64,000 nt of DNA from an uncultured delta proteobacterium (GTDB lineage Bacteria; Myxococcota_A; Polyangia; Polyangiales; Polyangiaceae), in assembly GCA_963850305.1 (NCBI GenBank), contig CAWKKR010000004.1:416001-480000 (forward strand), given 5' to 3'. The position numbers and the translations under genes are program-made. Below, in pieces: positions 42,096 to 52,018 of the stretch. The first letter of the stretch is position 1, and each line of letters starts with the position of its first letter. The notes beneath the pieces are model-generated. The model searched no databases. It was not told the origin of the DNA and worked only from the letters and a program-made list of their open reading frames with translations.

Positions 42096-43472
42096 TCACG
42101 CCAGCTCTGCCGGGGGAAGGGGTCCTCCTTCCGCGGCGTGGAAGGCCTCTTCTTGAATCCCCTTCCCTGACTCACCCGTGCGGTCGAGCGCGAACTTGAA
42201 CAGCACGGGACCGGCGAGCTCGTTCAGTGCGACGCTCGCGATCGCGAGGGACCGGAACTCCGAACCGAAGCTCGGAAACGTGCGCTCGATGACGACCGTC
42301 ATGCCAATCGTGAGCCCCGCTTGCGAGACCAGGGACGCCCACCCCCAGTTTCGCACCGGAGGATCCTCACGGGACAGCCGTGTGCTCAGCCGGTGCGCGC
42401 CCCAGATCACGCAAACGCGGGCAACCCCGAGGTAGACCGCGATCGGCCACAGCTCGCGAACCAGATCGAGATTGAGGTGTGCGCCCGCGGTCGCGAAGAA
42501 CACCACGTAGACGACGTTGCCCGTGCGATCGACCGCGGCGAGGAGCTTTGGACCTTGCTCGCTGAAGTTCGCGACGACGAAGCCGGCGATCATGAACGCC
42601 AGGAGCGGGTCGAATCTCAGGTAGTGGAGCCCCTCGGTGAGCCCGAATCCGAGAGCGATGAGGACGAGCAACAGTCCGCCGCCGATGAGCCACAGGTAAG
42701 CTGCAAGGAGGAGGCCCAGGGTGGTACCGAGCGAAATGCTGCCGAGGACCTCCCGTGCGAGGTCACGAAACGCGGCGAGAGAGAGGCCGGCACCGGGATC
42801 CACGAGCGGGCGCGCCAGGGCGATGGCCACGGTGAGCAACACAGCGGCGAGGACGTCGGACGAGATGACGAGGGCCAGCGAGAAGCGCGACACCGGGCCG
42901 TCCGGACGAAGCTGCGAGAAGATGCCGAGCGTCGCCGAGGGACTGTGACACACGGCGAGAGTGCCCCAGAGCAAGCCGATCCCGAGACGGCACGAGAGCC
43001 CGAGACCCGCGGTGAAGGGAAGAAAGCGCGTGATCGCGACGAACGCGACCGCATTGAAGAGCATCCCGAAGCCGCACTGGAGCGGGATGGCCGAGACCAA
43101 GCTTCGGAGCACTTGCTTCAGGAGGTCGATCCGAAGCTGAGCCCCGCCGGCGAGCGCGATGAGTGAAAGCGCCAGCGTGTTGACGGGCTCGAGCCGCTGC
43201 ACGGCGTGATGGTCCACCAGCCGGAACACGTACGGGCCAGCCAGGGCGCCCGCGAGAAGATACCCGGTGAGATGCGGTAATCCGACGAGCTCGAGAAGTC
43301 CGCTGGCGAGCATTCCGGCGAGCAGCAGAAAGCCCATCGCCGTGAGGACTCCTGAAGTGCCTTCGGAGGGCGTGACGGCGCGGGTCGCGCCGAACATCAC
43401 ACCCGATACCACCAGCAGCGCGAGCAACTGTGCGATCCGCTGACCCGCTCCGCCCTTCCGCCCGCCGCTCAT
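42096..43472 (-). CDS. cation:proton antiporter family protein
   Basis: GLPHLTGYLLAG..GP, SPSAT, SSDV, VFFATAGA, SQAG, ELAGP. Start at ATG 43472, overlapping the upstream stop. Confidence 0.88.
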   Translation of the reverse strand: MSGGRKGGAGQRIAQLLALLVVSGVMFGATRAVTPSEGTSGVLTAMGFLLLAGMLASGLLELVGLPHLTGYLLAGALAGPYVFRLVDHHAVQRLEPVNTLALSLIALAGGAQLRIDLLKQVLRSLVSAIPLQCGFGMLFNAVAFVAITRFLPFTAGLGLSCRLGIGLLWGTLAVCHSPSATLGIFSQLRPDGPVSRFSLALVISSDVLAAVLLTVAIALARPLVDPGAGLSLAAFRDLAREVLGSISLGTTLGLLLAAYLWLIGGGLLLVLIALGFGLTEGLHYLRFDPLLAFMIAGFVVANFSEQGPKLLAAVDRTGNVVYVVFFATAGAHLNLDLVRELWPIAVYLGVARVCVIWGAHRLSTRLSREDPPVRNWGWASLVSQAGLTIGMTVVIERTFPSFGSEFRSLAIASVALNELAGPVLFKFALDRTGESGKGIQEEAFHAAEGGPLPPAELA

Positions 43473-44710
43473 GGCGACGCCTCCCCGGATCCTCGCTCGG
43501 CAACGCCGGGAGACAGCGCGGCGGGCTCCGAAATTTCTCCGGCAAGCTTCAACGCCCGCCGGAGTCCGGGAGGTCCGAAGATCTCCCCGACGAGTGCGAG
43601 CCCGACCGCGACGGTCAGGATGGCGGCGCCCGCGGGTTCCGGAAACCGATTCGCGAAGGACAGGGCCACCGTGACGCTCAGAGCGCCGCTGGTGAGCAGA
43701 CCCAGCCCGACCGACGAGGCGGCGCCACCCGGTGCCGGGGCCAGCCACGTGATCACCGGGCCGGCGGCGAGTCGAAGCACTGCGCGCGTGCCTAGCGATA
43801 ACGCCAGAAGCACGAGCAGCGAAACGCCCCCTCCGAGATCGACGTCCGCGCCGGCGAGGAGCAGCGTCGGAAGAAGTACGGCCTGCTCGGAGCGGGCGAG
43901 CATGGCTCGAAGCTCCTTGCCGTGACGCGAGAAGAACGAGACCGACAAGCCGAGGGCAAAGGTCGTCGCTTGCGGCGCAAGTCCGAGTCTCCAGGCGATC
44001 CCGACGCCGAGGAGCGTCGCGCCGATGAGCACCCCCCAGCCGTCGCTCGCTCGAGGCTCGGAACGCAGCAAGGCGGCCGCGGTCCCTCCGAGGACGACCC
44101 CGACGAGCAACGTGACCGCGGCCCACGCCCAGAACGGCAGGTGGAGCGTGGTCATCGGTGAATCGACGGCGGGAAAAAACAGGGCGCTGGCGAGGAGCGG
44201 CGCGAGATTGTCCGAGTCGGCCATGTCGGCGACGAGGCGCGACAGATCCCCGGAGGGGGACGTTCGGCCGGCGACGACCCGCACCACGTGTCGCGTCGTT
44301 TCGGACGCCACGATGCCCACTCCGCCGGCAACCAGCGTGAGCTCCCGTCCGCGGAACGACAGGAAGCGCGGGCCGAGAAAGTAGATGAGGGCCGCGATCG
44401 AACCCATCGTCGCGAGCGCGAGCAGAACGCCGAGCGTGAAGCCGCGAAAGCGAACGCGAGCGCCGTCGCGATAACCGTACTCGGCGCCGACCACGAGCGC
44501 GAACCACGCGGTCCCGACGACCGAGACGGGCTCGAACGCGTGCAGCGTCGACCGTTCGGCGAGGCCGAGCGCGAGGGGACCGAGGGCGAGCCCCAGAAGC
44601 AGATATTCCGCGCCCGACGCCAGCCGGTACCCGCCGGTACCGCTGCTCATGAGCTGACTTCCGACGTAGGCGACCAGCAAGAGCCCGAGGAGCAGAGCGA
44701 CGGCGCTCAC
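43469..44710 (-). CDS. divergent cation:proton antiporter-like membrane protein
   Basis: SGAEYLLLGLALGP, about 12 hydrophobic segments, GEIFGP; translationally coupled on both sides. Confidence 0.72.
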   Translation of the reverse strand: MSAVALLLGLLLVAYVGSQLMSSGTGGYRLASGAEYLLLGLALGPLALGLAERSTLHAFEPVSVVGTAWFALVVGAEYGYRDGARVRFRGFTLGVLLALATMGSIAALIYFLGPRFLSFRGRELTLVAGGVGIVASETTRHVVRVVAGRTSPSGDLSRLVADMADSDNLAPLLASALFFPAVDSPMTTLHLPFWAWAAVTLLVGVVLGGTAAALLRSEPRASDGWGVLIGATLLGVGIAWRLGLAPQATTFALGLSVSFFSRHGKELRAMLARSEQAVLLPTLLLAGADVDLGGGVSLLVLLALSLGTRAVLRLAAGPVITWLAPAPGGAASSVGLGLLTSGALSVTVALSFANRFPEPAGAAILTVAVGLALVGEIFGPPGLRRALKLAGEISEPAALSPGVAERGSGEASP

Positions 44711-46269
44711 GTCGCCGGACTCCGGGAGCGACCGAGCGGAACCCGGGACGTCTCGAGTGCGTCCGCGAGGGCGACGCGCAGATCGCCCTCGGTCCGGTCT
44801 CCCGGAACGGAGAGAGCGACGCGGAACAGCGCATGCTCGCCATCGAGCCCGGTAAGCTCCACCGAGGGGGCGTCGCCGAGCTTGCCCGCAGCCTCGCGCA
44901 GAAGGTCGCGGATCTCCCGCACCGGTAACGAGACGCCGGCCGAGAGCTCGACCGAAAGCCGCTGGCGCACGCCGAACACGCGCGTGGGGTGTACGAGTGT
45001 GAGCAGATGGGGAACCCGGACCTCACAGCCGTCGCGGTCCCGGAGCTTCGCGTCGATCAGGCCGACGGCGAGCACCTTCCCGACGCGGCCGCCGAGCTCG
45101 ACGTATTCGCCGATGCGCAAACGACGTCCGTACACGATGACCACCCCGACGAGGGCCGAGCCGAGGAGGGGCGTGGAGGCGAGCCCGAGCGCGATCAGCA
45201 TCAGGAACCCGGCGCGTGCGAGAGCGCCGTTCGCGTCGCCCGTCACGAGGGGCGCCACGACGACGAGCGCCGCCACGACGATGCCGACACGAACCAGCAA
45301 GCTCGTCGGAGCGGCCAGGTCCGGCGGAAGCCAGGGAAGCACGGTTTGCCGGCGCGCGACGCCTTCGAAGAAGAGCTGCACGAACCTGATGAGCACGTAG
45401 ATCGCCACGCCCGAGAACGCGGCCATCACCGCGAGCGGCAAGGACGCGGCGAGACGCTCGGCCAGATCGGAGAGCGGCGTCACGACGAACCCGGTCAACT
45501 TCTCCGTGTACGAACGCGTGCTCTCGAAGAGCGAGAGCGAGAAGACGAGCCACAGATAGAAGACGCCGAGCTGCGCGACGAACCGCCCGACGATCAACGT
45601 CACCAGAACGCCGCCGCGAAGCGCCGTCGGGCCGATGACCTCCTGGGACTGAACCTTGAGCCCCGTGATCCGATCGGGATTGTCGAGCGTCCACTGCCGG
45701 ACGCGCTCGAAGAATTCTCCGATCTTACGCAGCACGTAGAACGCGACGAGGCCGACGAAGACCAGCAGCGAAATCGAGAACACCGTCTCGGCGATCGCGC
45801 TCCGCTTCTTCTCCGCGACCACGGCCGCATGAACGTGGCCCGCTATGGCCGCGGCGAACGTCTCCGCGTTCGAGAACCCCGAGGACTCGGCGTCCTCGGA
45901 GTAAATCTCCACGATGGGAACCGGCCCCGCAAACACCACCTCCGCCGGACCCTGGCGCACGACCTTGACGTCTTCTGCACCCGGCGTGTCGACGGCATGC
46001 CCGAGGGCATCGCTCGCACTCCGGGCTCGGTCTTCCGCGCTCCTCGCGCCGTGGCCGTGCCGGAGGACGAAGACGACGGTGTCGTGGATCTTGGCGCTGG
46101 CGTCGATCGCTGCCGCGATCGGGGCCGATGCCGCGGGCGCGGCACTCGAAGAAGGTCTCGGCACGGGCGCCCGAGAGGGTTCCGCCCGGAGCGGCAGCGT
46201 CGCCCCGAGGAGCAGCGCCACGACCGCGAGCAGGGCGGCAATCCGGCGCTCGTTCCCTCGACGCTCCAC
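44707..46269 (-). CDS. MscS-family mechanosensitive channel with N-terminal periplasmic domain
   Basis: Signal peptide, SAEDRA periplasmic motif, TMs, RLRIGEYVELGGRVGKV..IDAKL..EVRVPH. Start approximate. Confidence 0.85.
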   Translation of the reverse strand: MERRGNERRIAALLAVVALLLGATLPLRAEPSRAPVPRPSSSAAPAASAPIAAAIDASAKIHDTVVFVLRHGHGARSAEDRARSASDALGHAVDTPGAEDVKVVRQGPAEVVFAGPVPIVEIYSEDAESSGFSNAETFAAAIAGHVHAAVVAEKKRSAIAETVFSISLLVFVGLVAFYVLRKIGEFFERVRQWTLDNPDRITGLKVQSQEVIGPTALRGGVLVTLIVGRFVAQLGVFYLWLVFSLSLFESTRSYTEKLTGFVVTPLSDLAERLAASLPLAVMAAFSGVAIYVLIRFVQLFFEGVARRQTVLPWLPPDLAAPTSLLVRVGIVVAALVVVAPLVTGDANGALARAGFLMLIALGLASTPLLGSALVGVVIVYGRRLRIGEYVELGGRVGKVLAVGLIDAKLRDRDGCEVRVPHLLTLVHPTRVFGVRQRLSVELSAGVSLPVREIRDLLREAAGKLGDAPSVELTGLDGEHALFRVALSVPGDRTEGDLRVALADALETSRVPLGRSRSPAT

Positions 46270-46305
46270 AGCAGCTACTTTCCACGGTTTCGGGGGTCGC
46301 CTGCA

Positions 46306-47634
46306 ATGGTAGGTTTCGAAGGTGAGCTCGGCCGAAAGATCCTGATCGGCGCCCTGGTGCTCGTCTCGGCTTGCGGCGGTGGACGCGGAACTCCGTCCGG
46401 AAGGGAGCGCGACGGGGGCGCTGGCCCGACGCCGAACGACGGTGGCTATCTCGACCCCAGCGGGACATTCGAGACGGCCCAGAAGCTCCACGTCGGCGAC
46501 TTTCCAGGCGTCTTCGGAACCATCCTCGGGCCGGACGACGTCCATTTCTTTTCCTTCGATGGAAGCGCGGGCGAGTGGGTTTCCATCCAGTCGAACGACA
46601 CGGGCGCGCTCTCGGTCGCGGATACGCCGCTCACCGTCTATGGATCCGATCGGCAACCGTTCGCGTCGAATGAATACGTCGACACGCTGAAGGGGGAGAA
46701 CGTGCTCGCGCGCGTCGTGATGCGCTTGCCCGTCGCGGGAACCTATTACGTGAAGGTTGCGAACGGCTCCGCGCCGCCGTTCGATTCTGGGTTCGTTCAA
46801 TCCTACCAGCTCAGTGTCGTGGACGTCGCTGGAGCCGACGGCTACGTCGTCGGCGACGGCCCCACGGACGCGACGCCCGTTCGGTTCCTCGTGCGGTCGA
46901 TCCCGGGCACCGACGCGGTGAAGGATGCTTTCCTGCTCGGCGCCTTCTCGTCGGCGGGTGACGTCCGGACGTTTTCCTTCGACGTCGCGGCGGGGACGGC
47001 CAAGCTCCTCGACGCCGAGGTCGCCGCTGGAACTGCCGCGGGAAACGGTTCGACGTCGACCGCGGGAAAAATCTGGGTCACGGACGCCGCGGACTCCACG
47101 ATCGGCGAGATCGACAATTCCACTGGCCAGACGATGCTCACGCCGCCCCTGCCGGCGGGCTCCTACGTGCTCCACGTGGCACATCCGGGCGCGCCGCTCG
47201 GTTCGAATGACTTCTTCGCGATCCGGGCGCTGGTCGCGGACGACAGTCCGGAAAGCATGGAAACTTCGAACGAGACGGTCGCGACGGCACAGCCGCTTGC
47301 CAACGACCCCGACGAGACGACGGGAGAGCTCGCCTACCTGACCGCGTACGTCGGCGAGGGGGCCGTCGAATACTTCCGGTTCGACGGCGTCGGGGGACAG
47401 ACCGCCTCGGTCCATTGCACTGCAGCGGAACAGGGTTCGGGCATCGTGGGGTTACCTGCCGCCGTGGACGCCTCGGACACGACGCTCGACGAAGGCACCG
47501 AAACCGCGACGGCGCCCGTATCCCTGACGGCGACGATACCTGCGACCGGCTCGCTCTACGTCAAGGTCGCGAAGGCGTCGCAGCTCGTCGACGTCGCGGG
47601 CGACTGGCTGCGCTGCGTGCTCTCGGCGAGCTGA
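46306..47634 (+). CDS. lipoprotein with pre-peptidase C-terminal (PPC)-like beta domains
   Basis: Lipobox VSAC; repeated D(V)xFF(S)F.G.AG, DT.LTVY, LP.AGTYYVKV, SNET..TAQ motifs. Confidence 0.75.
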   Translation: MVGFEGELGRKILIGALVLVSACGGGRGTPSGRERDGGAGPTPNDGGYLDPSGTFETAQKLHVGDFPGVFGTILGPDDVHFFSFDGSAGEWVSIQSNDTGALSVADTPLTVYGSDRQPFASNEYVDTLKGENVLARVVMRLPVAGTYYVKVANGSAPPFDSGFVQSYQLSVVDVAGADGYVVGDGPTDATPVRFLVRSIPGTDAVKDAFLLGAFSSAGDVRTFSFDVAAGTAKLLDAEVAAGTAAGNGSTSTAGKIWVTDAADSTIGEIDNSTGQTMLTPPLPAGSYVLHVAHPGAPLGSNDFFAIRALVADDSPESMETSNETVATAQPLANDPDETTGELAYLTAYVGEGAVEYFRFDGVGGQTASVHCTAAEQGSGIVGLPAAVDASDTTLDEGTETATAPVSLTATIPATGSLYVKVAKASQLVDVAGDWLRCVLSAS

Positions 47635-47679
47635 CGAACCTCACGACACGGGGACAGGAGGCCCTCGCTCGCCGAGCAC

Positions 47680-47933
47680 CCGGCGCGGCATGTCAGGCAC
47701 GCGGAGCGTCGACACCAGCATCCGGCGCGGCATGTCAGGCTCAGGTGTCGACGCTCCCGACGCTCGTGTCGACGCTCCCGACGCTCGTGTCGACGCTCCG
47801 CGTGCAGGGAACGACGGAGCGCGGACGCGGAAGCGCTCGCCGGACGCTTGGGACGACCGACCGCGGACGCGGAAGCGCCCGCCGGACGCTTGGGACGACG
47901 GACCGGACGCTGGGGACGCTTGCTCGGCGTGGA
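47680..47933. repeat. 21-bp-period degenerate repeat array with a 19-bp inverted repeat
   Basis: GTGTCGACGCTCC starts three units from 47745, followed by alternating GG(G/A)ACGAC/GGAAGCGC units; 19-mer direct repeat at 47680 and 47722. Confidence 0.85.
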
Positions 47934-47973
47934 AGGAGCTCGATCCTCGGGTCGACGGCGCCGGTCTGGTCGC

Positions 47974-48519
47974 TCACCCCTCGACCAGAGGCCCGCGTTC
48001 GACTTCGCCATCGGCGGTGCGGCCCTGCACCGTCACGTAGAGCCGTCCGCCCGTGTGTACGACTTCGAACAGCGCGTGACGGTCGAGCGTCGCCTCGAGC
48101 GCGCCGAGGACCGTGCGCGGGATCACGACGACCTCGATATCTTCGGCTCGGTGAATCCGGGCCCCCTCGGCGACGCGCCGCACGCTGCGGAGATCGTCCG
48201 CCGTGCACACGACGACGCGCTCGGCGGCCTTGCTCGCCTTGTGGAGCCGCTCCGCGCTCGGATGTCCGATGTCGATCCAGAGCCGCACACGGCCGTCTCC
48301 CGTTCTGACCCACACCGCGGGCTCGTCGTTGGTGGAGAGCCCCTTCGAGAACGCGATACCGTCTTCCCAGAAGAGGCAGAGAGCGAGCGTCCGCGTGAGG
48401 AGATACGCGAGCGTCTCCGACGGGTGCTGGGCCGCACGGAGATCCAGCGTCTCGTAAACGCCACGATCCACGTCCGAGAGCGCGATCTCGAGATGATACA
48501 GCGTTGCCGACGGGGCCAT
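47974..48519 (-). CDS. yaeQ: YaeQ family protein
   Basis: LSDVDRGVY, AQHPSET, FSKGLSTNDEPAVW, LWIDIGHPSAERLHKA. Confidence 0.93.
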   Translation of the reverse strand: MAPSATLYHLEIALSDVDRGVYETLDLRAAQHPSETLAYLLTRTLALCLFWEDGIAFSKGLSTNDEPAVWVRTGDGRVRLWIDIGHPSAERLHKASKAAERVVVCTADDLRSVRRVAEGARIHRAEDIEVVVIPRTVLGALEATLDRHALFEVVHTGGRLYVTVQGRTADGEVERGPLVEG

Positions 48520-48538
48520 GTCGGCGAGCCCCGGCGAG

Positions 48539-49627
48539 TTACGACGCGACCTGAGTCGCCACGGGCTCGACCCGCGTTTGCGTGACGATCGGACGGAGGC
48601 GTTCCCTGAAGAGCTCGACGACTTCGTTCTCCGTACGCGCGGGCGCGCCGGGCAGATGCACGAACGCGCGAGCGAGGCGCGCCCAGCGTCCCGTCATCAG
48701 CAGAAGCCACACCATGAAAAAATCCAGGCCCTCGAAGACGATGGCGTCCTGGCGCGCGTACTCCGCGAGATTGGTCTCGAACTCGACGGGGTATTCCGTC
48801 CAATGCGCACGCGCGCGAAGGTGGTGTCCGATGTGATAACCGTCGTTGAAACAGCGGCGGTTGTAGCGACTATTGATGCAGGTGATGCTCGCCAGATACG
48901 GGTTCTCCGGGTGGCCCGCGGAGACGAACGCGTGTTGCCCCCAATTCCCCATCATCATGAGGGTGCGAATGACGAGCAGCGGGACGACGAAGACCACGAG
49001 CGTGGGCCCCGGACGGAAATACGCGAGCACCGCCACCGTGCCCCAGTACAGACCCTCCCCGACCAGGATCTTCTTGAGGAGCCGCGTCCGCTTCCGCTTG
49101 AACATGTAAAATGAGAGCTCGAACAGACCGAACCCGAGGAACCGACCCCAGTACCTGAGCCAGTGGCCGAAGCGATCCCGCTGGTACTGAAGAGTGGAGC
49201 TCAGGTCGTCTTCCAGGTTCTCCTCGGCGTGATGCATGCCCATGTGATGGGCGAAATACGTGTCCGGCGACTGTCCGAAGAACGGACCGATGACCCAGGG
49301 GATGACCTGGTTGAGCCGCCGGTACCTGGGGTTGAAGAGCTGCCGGTGCGAGGTGCAGTGCAGCATCAACGTGTACCGGTCGAGGAGTCCGAAGACGAGG
49401 ACGGCCCAGTAGAGGGGGGCCAGGTACCAGAGCCAAGGTCCGGAGAAGAACAGCCCGACGCCGGCAACCGCGAGGATCAGACACGATGTCATGAGGCCGA
49501 TGAACTGCGCGTCGCGAGGATCGTTCAGCATCCGTTCCACGGACGCCGCGTACCAGGGACGCGTCGCTTCGCGGTCGTCGTGGATCGGGATCGTGGTGTC
49601 CTGTACGCCTGCGCCGTCGGCTGCCAT
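48539..49627 (-). CDS. fatty acid desaturase family protein
   Basis: HCTSH, HHMGMHH, NWGQH, FNDGYHIGHH His boxes. Confidence 0.88.
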   Translation of the reverse strand: MAADGAGVQDTTIPIHDDREATRPWYAASVERMLNDPRDAQFIGLMTSCLILAVAGVGLFFSGPWLWYLAPLYWAVLVFGLLDRYTLMLHCTSHRQLFNPRYRRLNQVIPWVIGPFFGQSPDTYFAHHMGMHHAEENLEDDLSSTLQYQRDRFGHWLRYWGRFLGFGLFELSFYMFKRKRTRLLKKILVGEGLYWGTVAVLAYFRPGPTLVVFVVPLLVIRTLMMMGNWGQHAFVSAGHPENPYLASITCINSRYNRRCFNDGYHIGHHLRARAHWTEYPVEFETNLAEYARQDAIVFEGLDFFMVWLLLMTGRWARLARAFVHLPGAPARTENEVVELFRERLRPIVTQTRVEPVATQVAS

Positions 49628-49768
49628 GCGGCCCCCCGTTTACCAGCGGCGGCCGCCCGCGTCGAAGCTTGTGTGCAAGGTCGGCCGGGCGACGCGCGGA
49701 TTCTGGCCGATTTCGGTGAAGATCCGGCGTCCTTGACGGCCTGGCGCCGCCTCGGTTGACTGAGCGGC

Positions 49769-50953
49769 ATGCCGTACGCCGAAGGCCGCGCGTATTACGA
49801 CGCCGATTCGCACGTCATGGAGCTCCCGGGCTGGCTCGCGTCGCACGCGGATCCGAAATTCCGGGATCGGATCCCCGGGTTCTCTCTGGGGTCGAGCGGT
49901 TCCGTCGCGCGCGTGGAGGCGATGATTGCGCGAGGGAAGCAGAGCGCGGGCGTCGCGTCCGAGCGCGCGGCCCACGAGGCCGAGCTGATGACGCGGAAGA
50001 GCTGGGAAGCGTTCGGCGCCTTCCACGCGGACGATCGACGCCTCGCGCTCGATCGGCTCGGCTTTCGCGCGCAGCTGGTGTTCTCGACGTTCGGCGCGCT
50101 GCAGACCGAACACGCCGCGGACCCCGACACGAGCTACGCCGCGACGCGGGCGCACACGCGGGCGATGCTCGACTTCTGCGCGGCCGACCCGCGACTCTTG
50201 CCCGTCACGTTCGTCCCCATCACCTTGCCCGGACGCGCGATCGAGGAGACGCGCTTTGCACTCGATTCGGGGATCAAAGGGGTCACGCTCTCGCCCCTTC
50301 CGCCCGAGACTCACTCGCTCACGCATCCTTCGCTGCACCCGCTCTATGCTCTGCTCGAGGAGCGCGGAGTGCCGCTCCTGTTCCATGTGGAGGGGGACGC
50401 GCCGCGAAAGGTCGCGCGCGGGTTCTCGGAGAATGGCTGGACGGGGCAGACGGACTTTCACGGCGGGGGTGAGAACTTCACGGGGCTCCTCTACATGGCC
50501 GTCAGCCAGTGGGTGGAGATCGCGCTTGCGGCGCTGATCTTCGATCGCGTGCTGGAGAAATTTCCGCGGCTCAAGGTCGGAGTGATCGAGCTCGGAGCGG
50601 CCTGGGTGCCAGCGTGGCTCGAGCGACTCGAGATCGTCAAGGATACGTTCGGCCGCACGGAGAGCCGCATCGGAGGACTCTCGCTGCGCCCGTCGGAATA
50701 CGTGAAACGACAGATCCGCGTCACGCCGTACCCGACGGAGAACGTCGGGCGCCTCATCGAGCTCGCCGGGCCGGAGCTCTTCATGTTCTCTTCCGACTAC
50801 CCTCACGTCGAAGGCGGCCGCAATCCGCTGAAGCGGTTCGAAGAATCGCTCGGCGGTCGCTCCTCGCTCGAGAAGGACGCCTTCTACGCGGGGAACTTCC
50901 TCGACATGATGGGAAGCTCCGCCGCCGGTTTCGAGCCGCGCCCTGGACCGTGA
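49769..50953 (+). CDS. amidohydrolase family 2 protein
   Basis: DADSHVME, LLFH, VIELGAAWVP, MFSSDYPHVEG. Confidence 0.9.
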   Translation: MPYAEGRAYYDADSHVMELPGWLASHADPKFRDRIPGFSLGSSGSVARVEAMIARGKQSAGVASERAAHEAELMTRKSWEAFGAFHADDRRLALDRLGFRAQLVFSTFGALQTEHAADPDTSYAATRAHTRAMLDFCAADPRLLPVTFVPITLPGRAIEETRFALDSGIKGVTLSPLPPETHSLTHPSLHPLYALLEERGVPLLFHVEGDAPRKVARGFSENGWTGQTDFHGGGENFTGLLYMAVSQWVEIALAALIFDRVLEKFPRLKVGVIELGAAWVPAWLERLEIVKDTFGRTESRIGGLSLRPSEYVKRQIRVTPYPTENVGRLIELAGPELFMFSSDYPHVEGGRNPLKRFEESLGGRSSLEKDAFYAGNFLDMMGSSAAGFEPRPGP

Positions 50954-52017
50954 GCCCCGCGAGCTCCATCGCCGGCCCTGCGCCGCTCTCGATCACGGGC
51001 TTCGTTCTCCGGATGATCTTCTTCGCTGGGGCTCCCTTCGCCATCGTCGCGGCGGCGGCGCTCTTTCCGATGCGCGGCGCGCTCATCGACTGCGGCCTCG
51101 CGCTCGGCGTCTTCGTCGCGGGAGAAGCCGCGCGAGAACGCGTGATCCGCGTGAGGCCCATCAGGTGGCTGTTCTCGGGCGCGCTCAGGTTCGATGACTT
51201 CTACCGGGAGAAGCCGCCGAAGCCCTTCCTTTACTATCTCCTGTACCCGCTCCTGTTCCCTTACTGGCTCGTGAACCGGCGCGCGCGGGCGGAGTTCTGG
51301 ACGTTCCGCGGCTACACCGCGGGCGCGTTCTTCATCCTCGTCGTGTCGCTGGTCGTGCAGTACTTCCAGTACTGGTCCCCGGACCTCGGGCTACGCGCCT
51401 TTCTTCCCGCGGTCGGGCTCACCCTAGGCGTCGAGACGTTCCTCGTCCTGTCGCTCCTCATGCCGATCGCGACGACCGTCATTTCATATCACTCGAGCGG
51501 GCATCGGAGAGCACTGGCAATCCTGCTCGTCACCGGTGTCCTGTCCACCGCCATTGCCGTCTGGCGCCTCGCGCTCCGTCGCGATCCCGTTGTCTCGTAT
51601 TCGACGCGCGATCGTGTCCGGCTCCGCACGAAGGCCGTGCCCAGGTCCGCACACAAGGCCATGATGGCAGCAACGCGCATCGCGTGGCACCAGCTCGTCA
51701 AGATGCACGACCTCGACGGGGACGGAAAAGTGGAGGGGGTGCCGCTCGAGCTTGCCCGCACGAGACTCTCGAAGTTCTTCAAATCCGACGAGGCGGCGGC
51801 CTTCGATCTCTGGGGCGCCCCGAGACGACACCCTCGCATCCTGGTGCTCTACTTCGAGGCGCGACCCCGAAAGCCGCCCATCTGGGTCGCCATCGGCGGC
51901 GACGGGCGCGAGCTGAAGAAGCTCGCCGATCTCCCGAGAGGCGCCACGATCGCGATGCGCAAGGCGAACGACGGGACGGATCCTTTGCTCCCGGTCTGGC
52001 CGAAGGGCGTGGACTAA
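50950..52017 (+). CDS. hypothetical integral membrane protein
   Basis: GTGA overlap with the amidohydrolase; about 5-6 TMs plus a basic soluble C-domain. Confidence 0.7.
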   Translation: MSPASSIAGPAPLSITGFVLRMIFFAGAPFAIVAAAALFPMRGALIDCGLALGVFVAGEAARERVIRVRPIRWLFSGALRFDDFYREKPPKPFLYYLLYPLLFPYWLVNRRARAEFWTFRGYTAGAFFILVVSLVVQYFQYWSPDLGLRAFLPAVGLTLGVETFLVLSLLMPIATTVISYHSSGHRRALAILLVTGVLSTAIAVWRLALRRDPVVSYSTRDRVRLRTKAVPRSAHKAMMAATRIAWHQLVKMHDLDGDGKVEGVPLELARTRLSKFFKSDEAAAFDLWGAPRRHPRILVLYFEARPRKPPIWVAIGGDGRELKKLADLPRGATIAMRKANDGTDPLLPVWPKGVD

Positions 52018-52018
52018 G

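Noticed and set aside
42096..47634. Long N-terminal extensions of ORFs 42096-45026, 44707-47415 and 44989-47634 as fusions
   Set aside because: The extensions overlap other well-supported genes; true starts are 43472, about 46269 and 46306.
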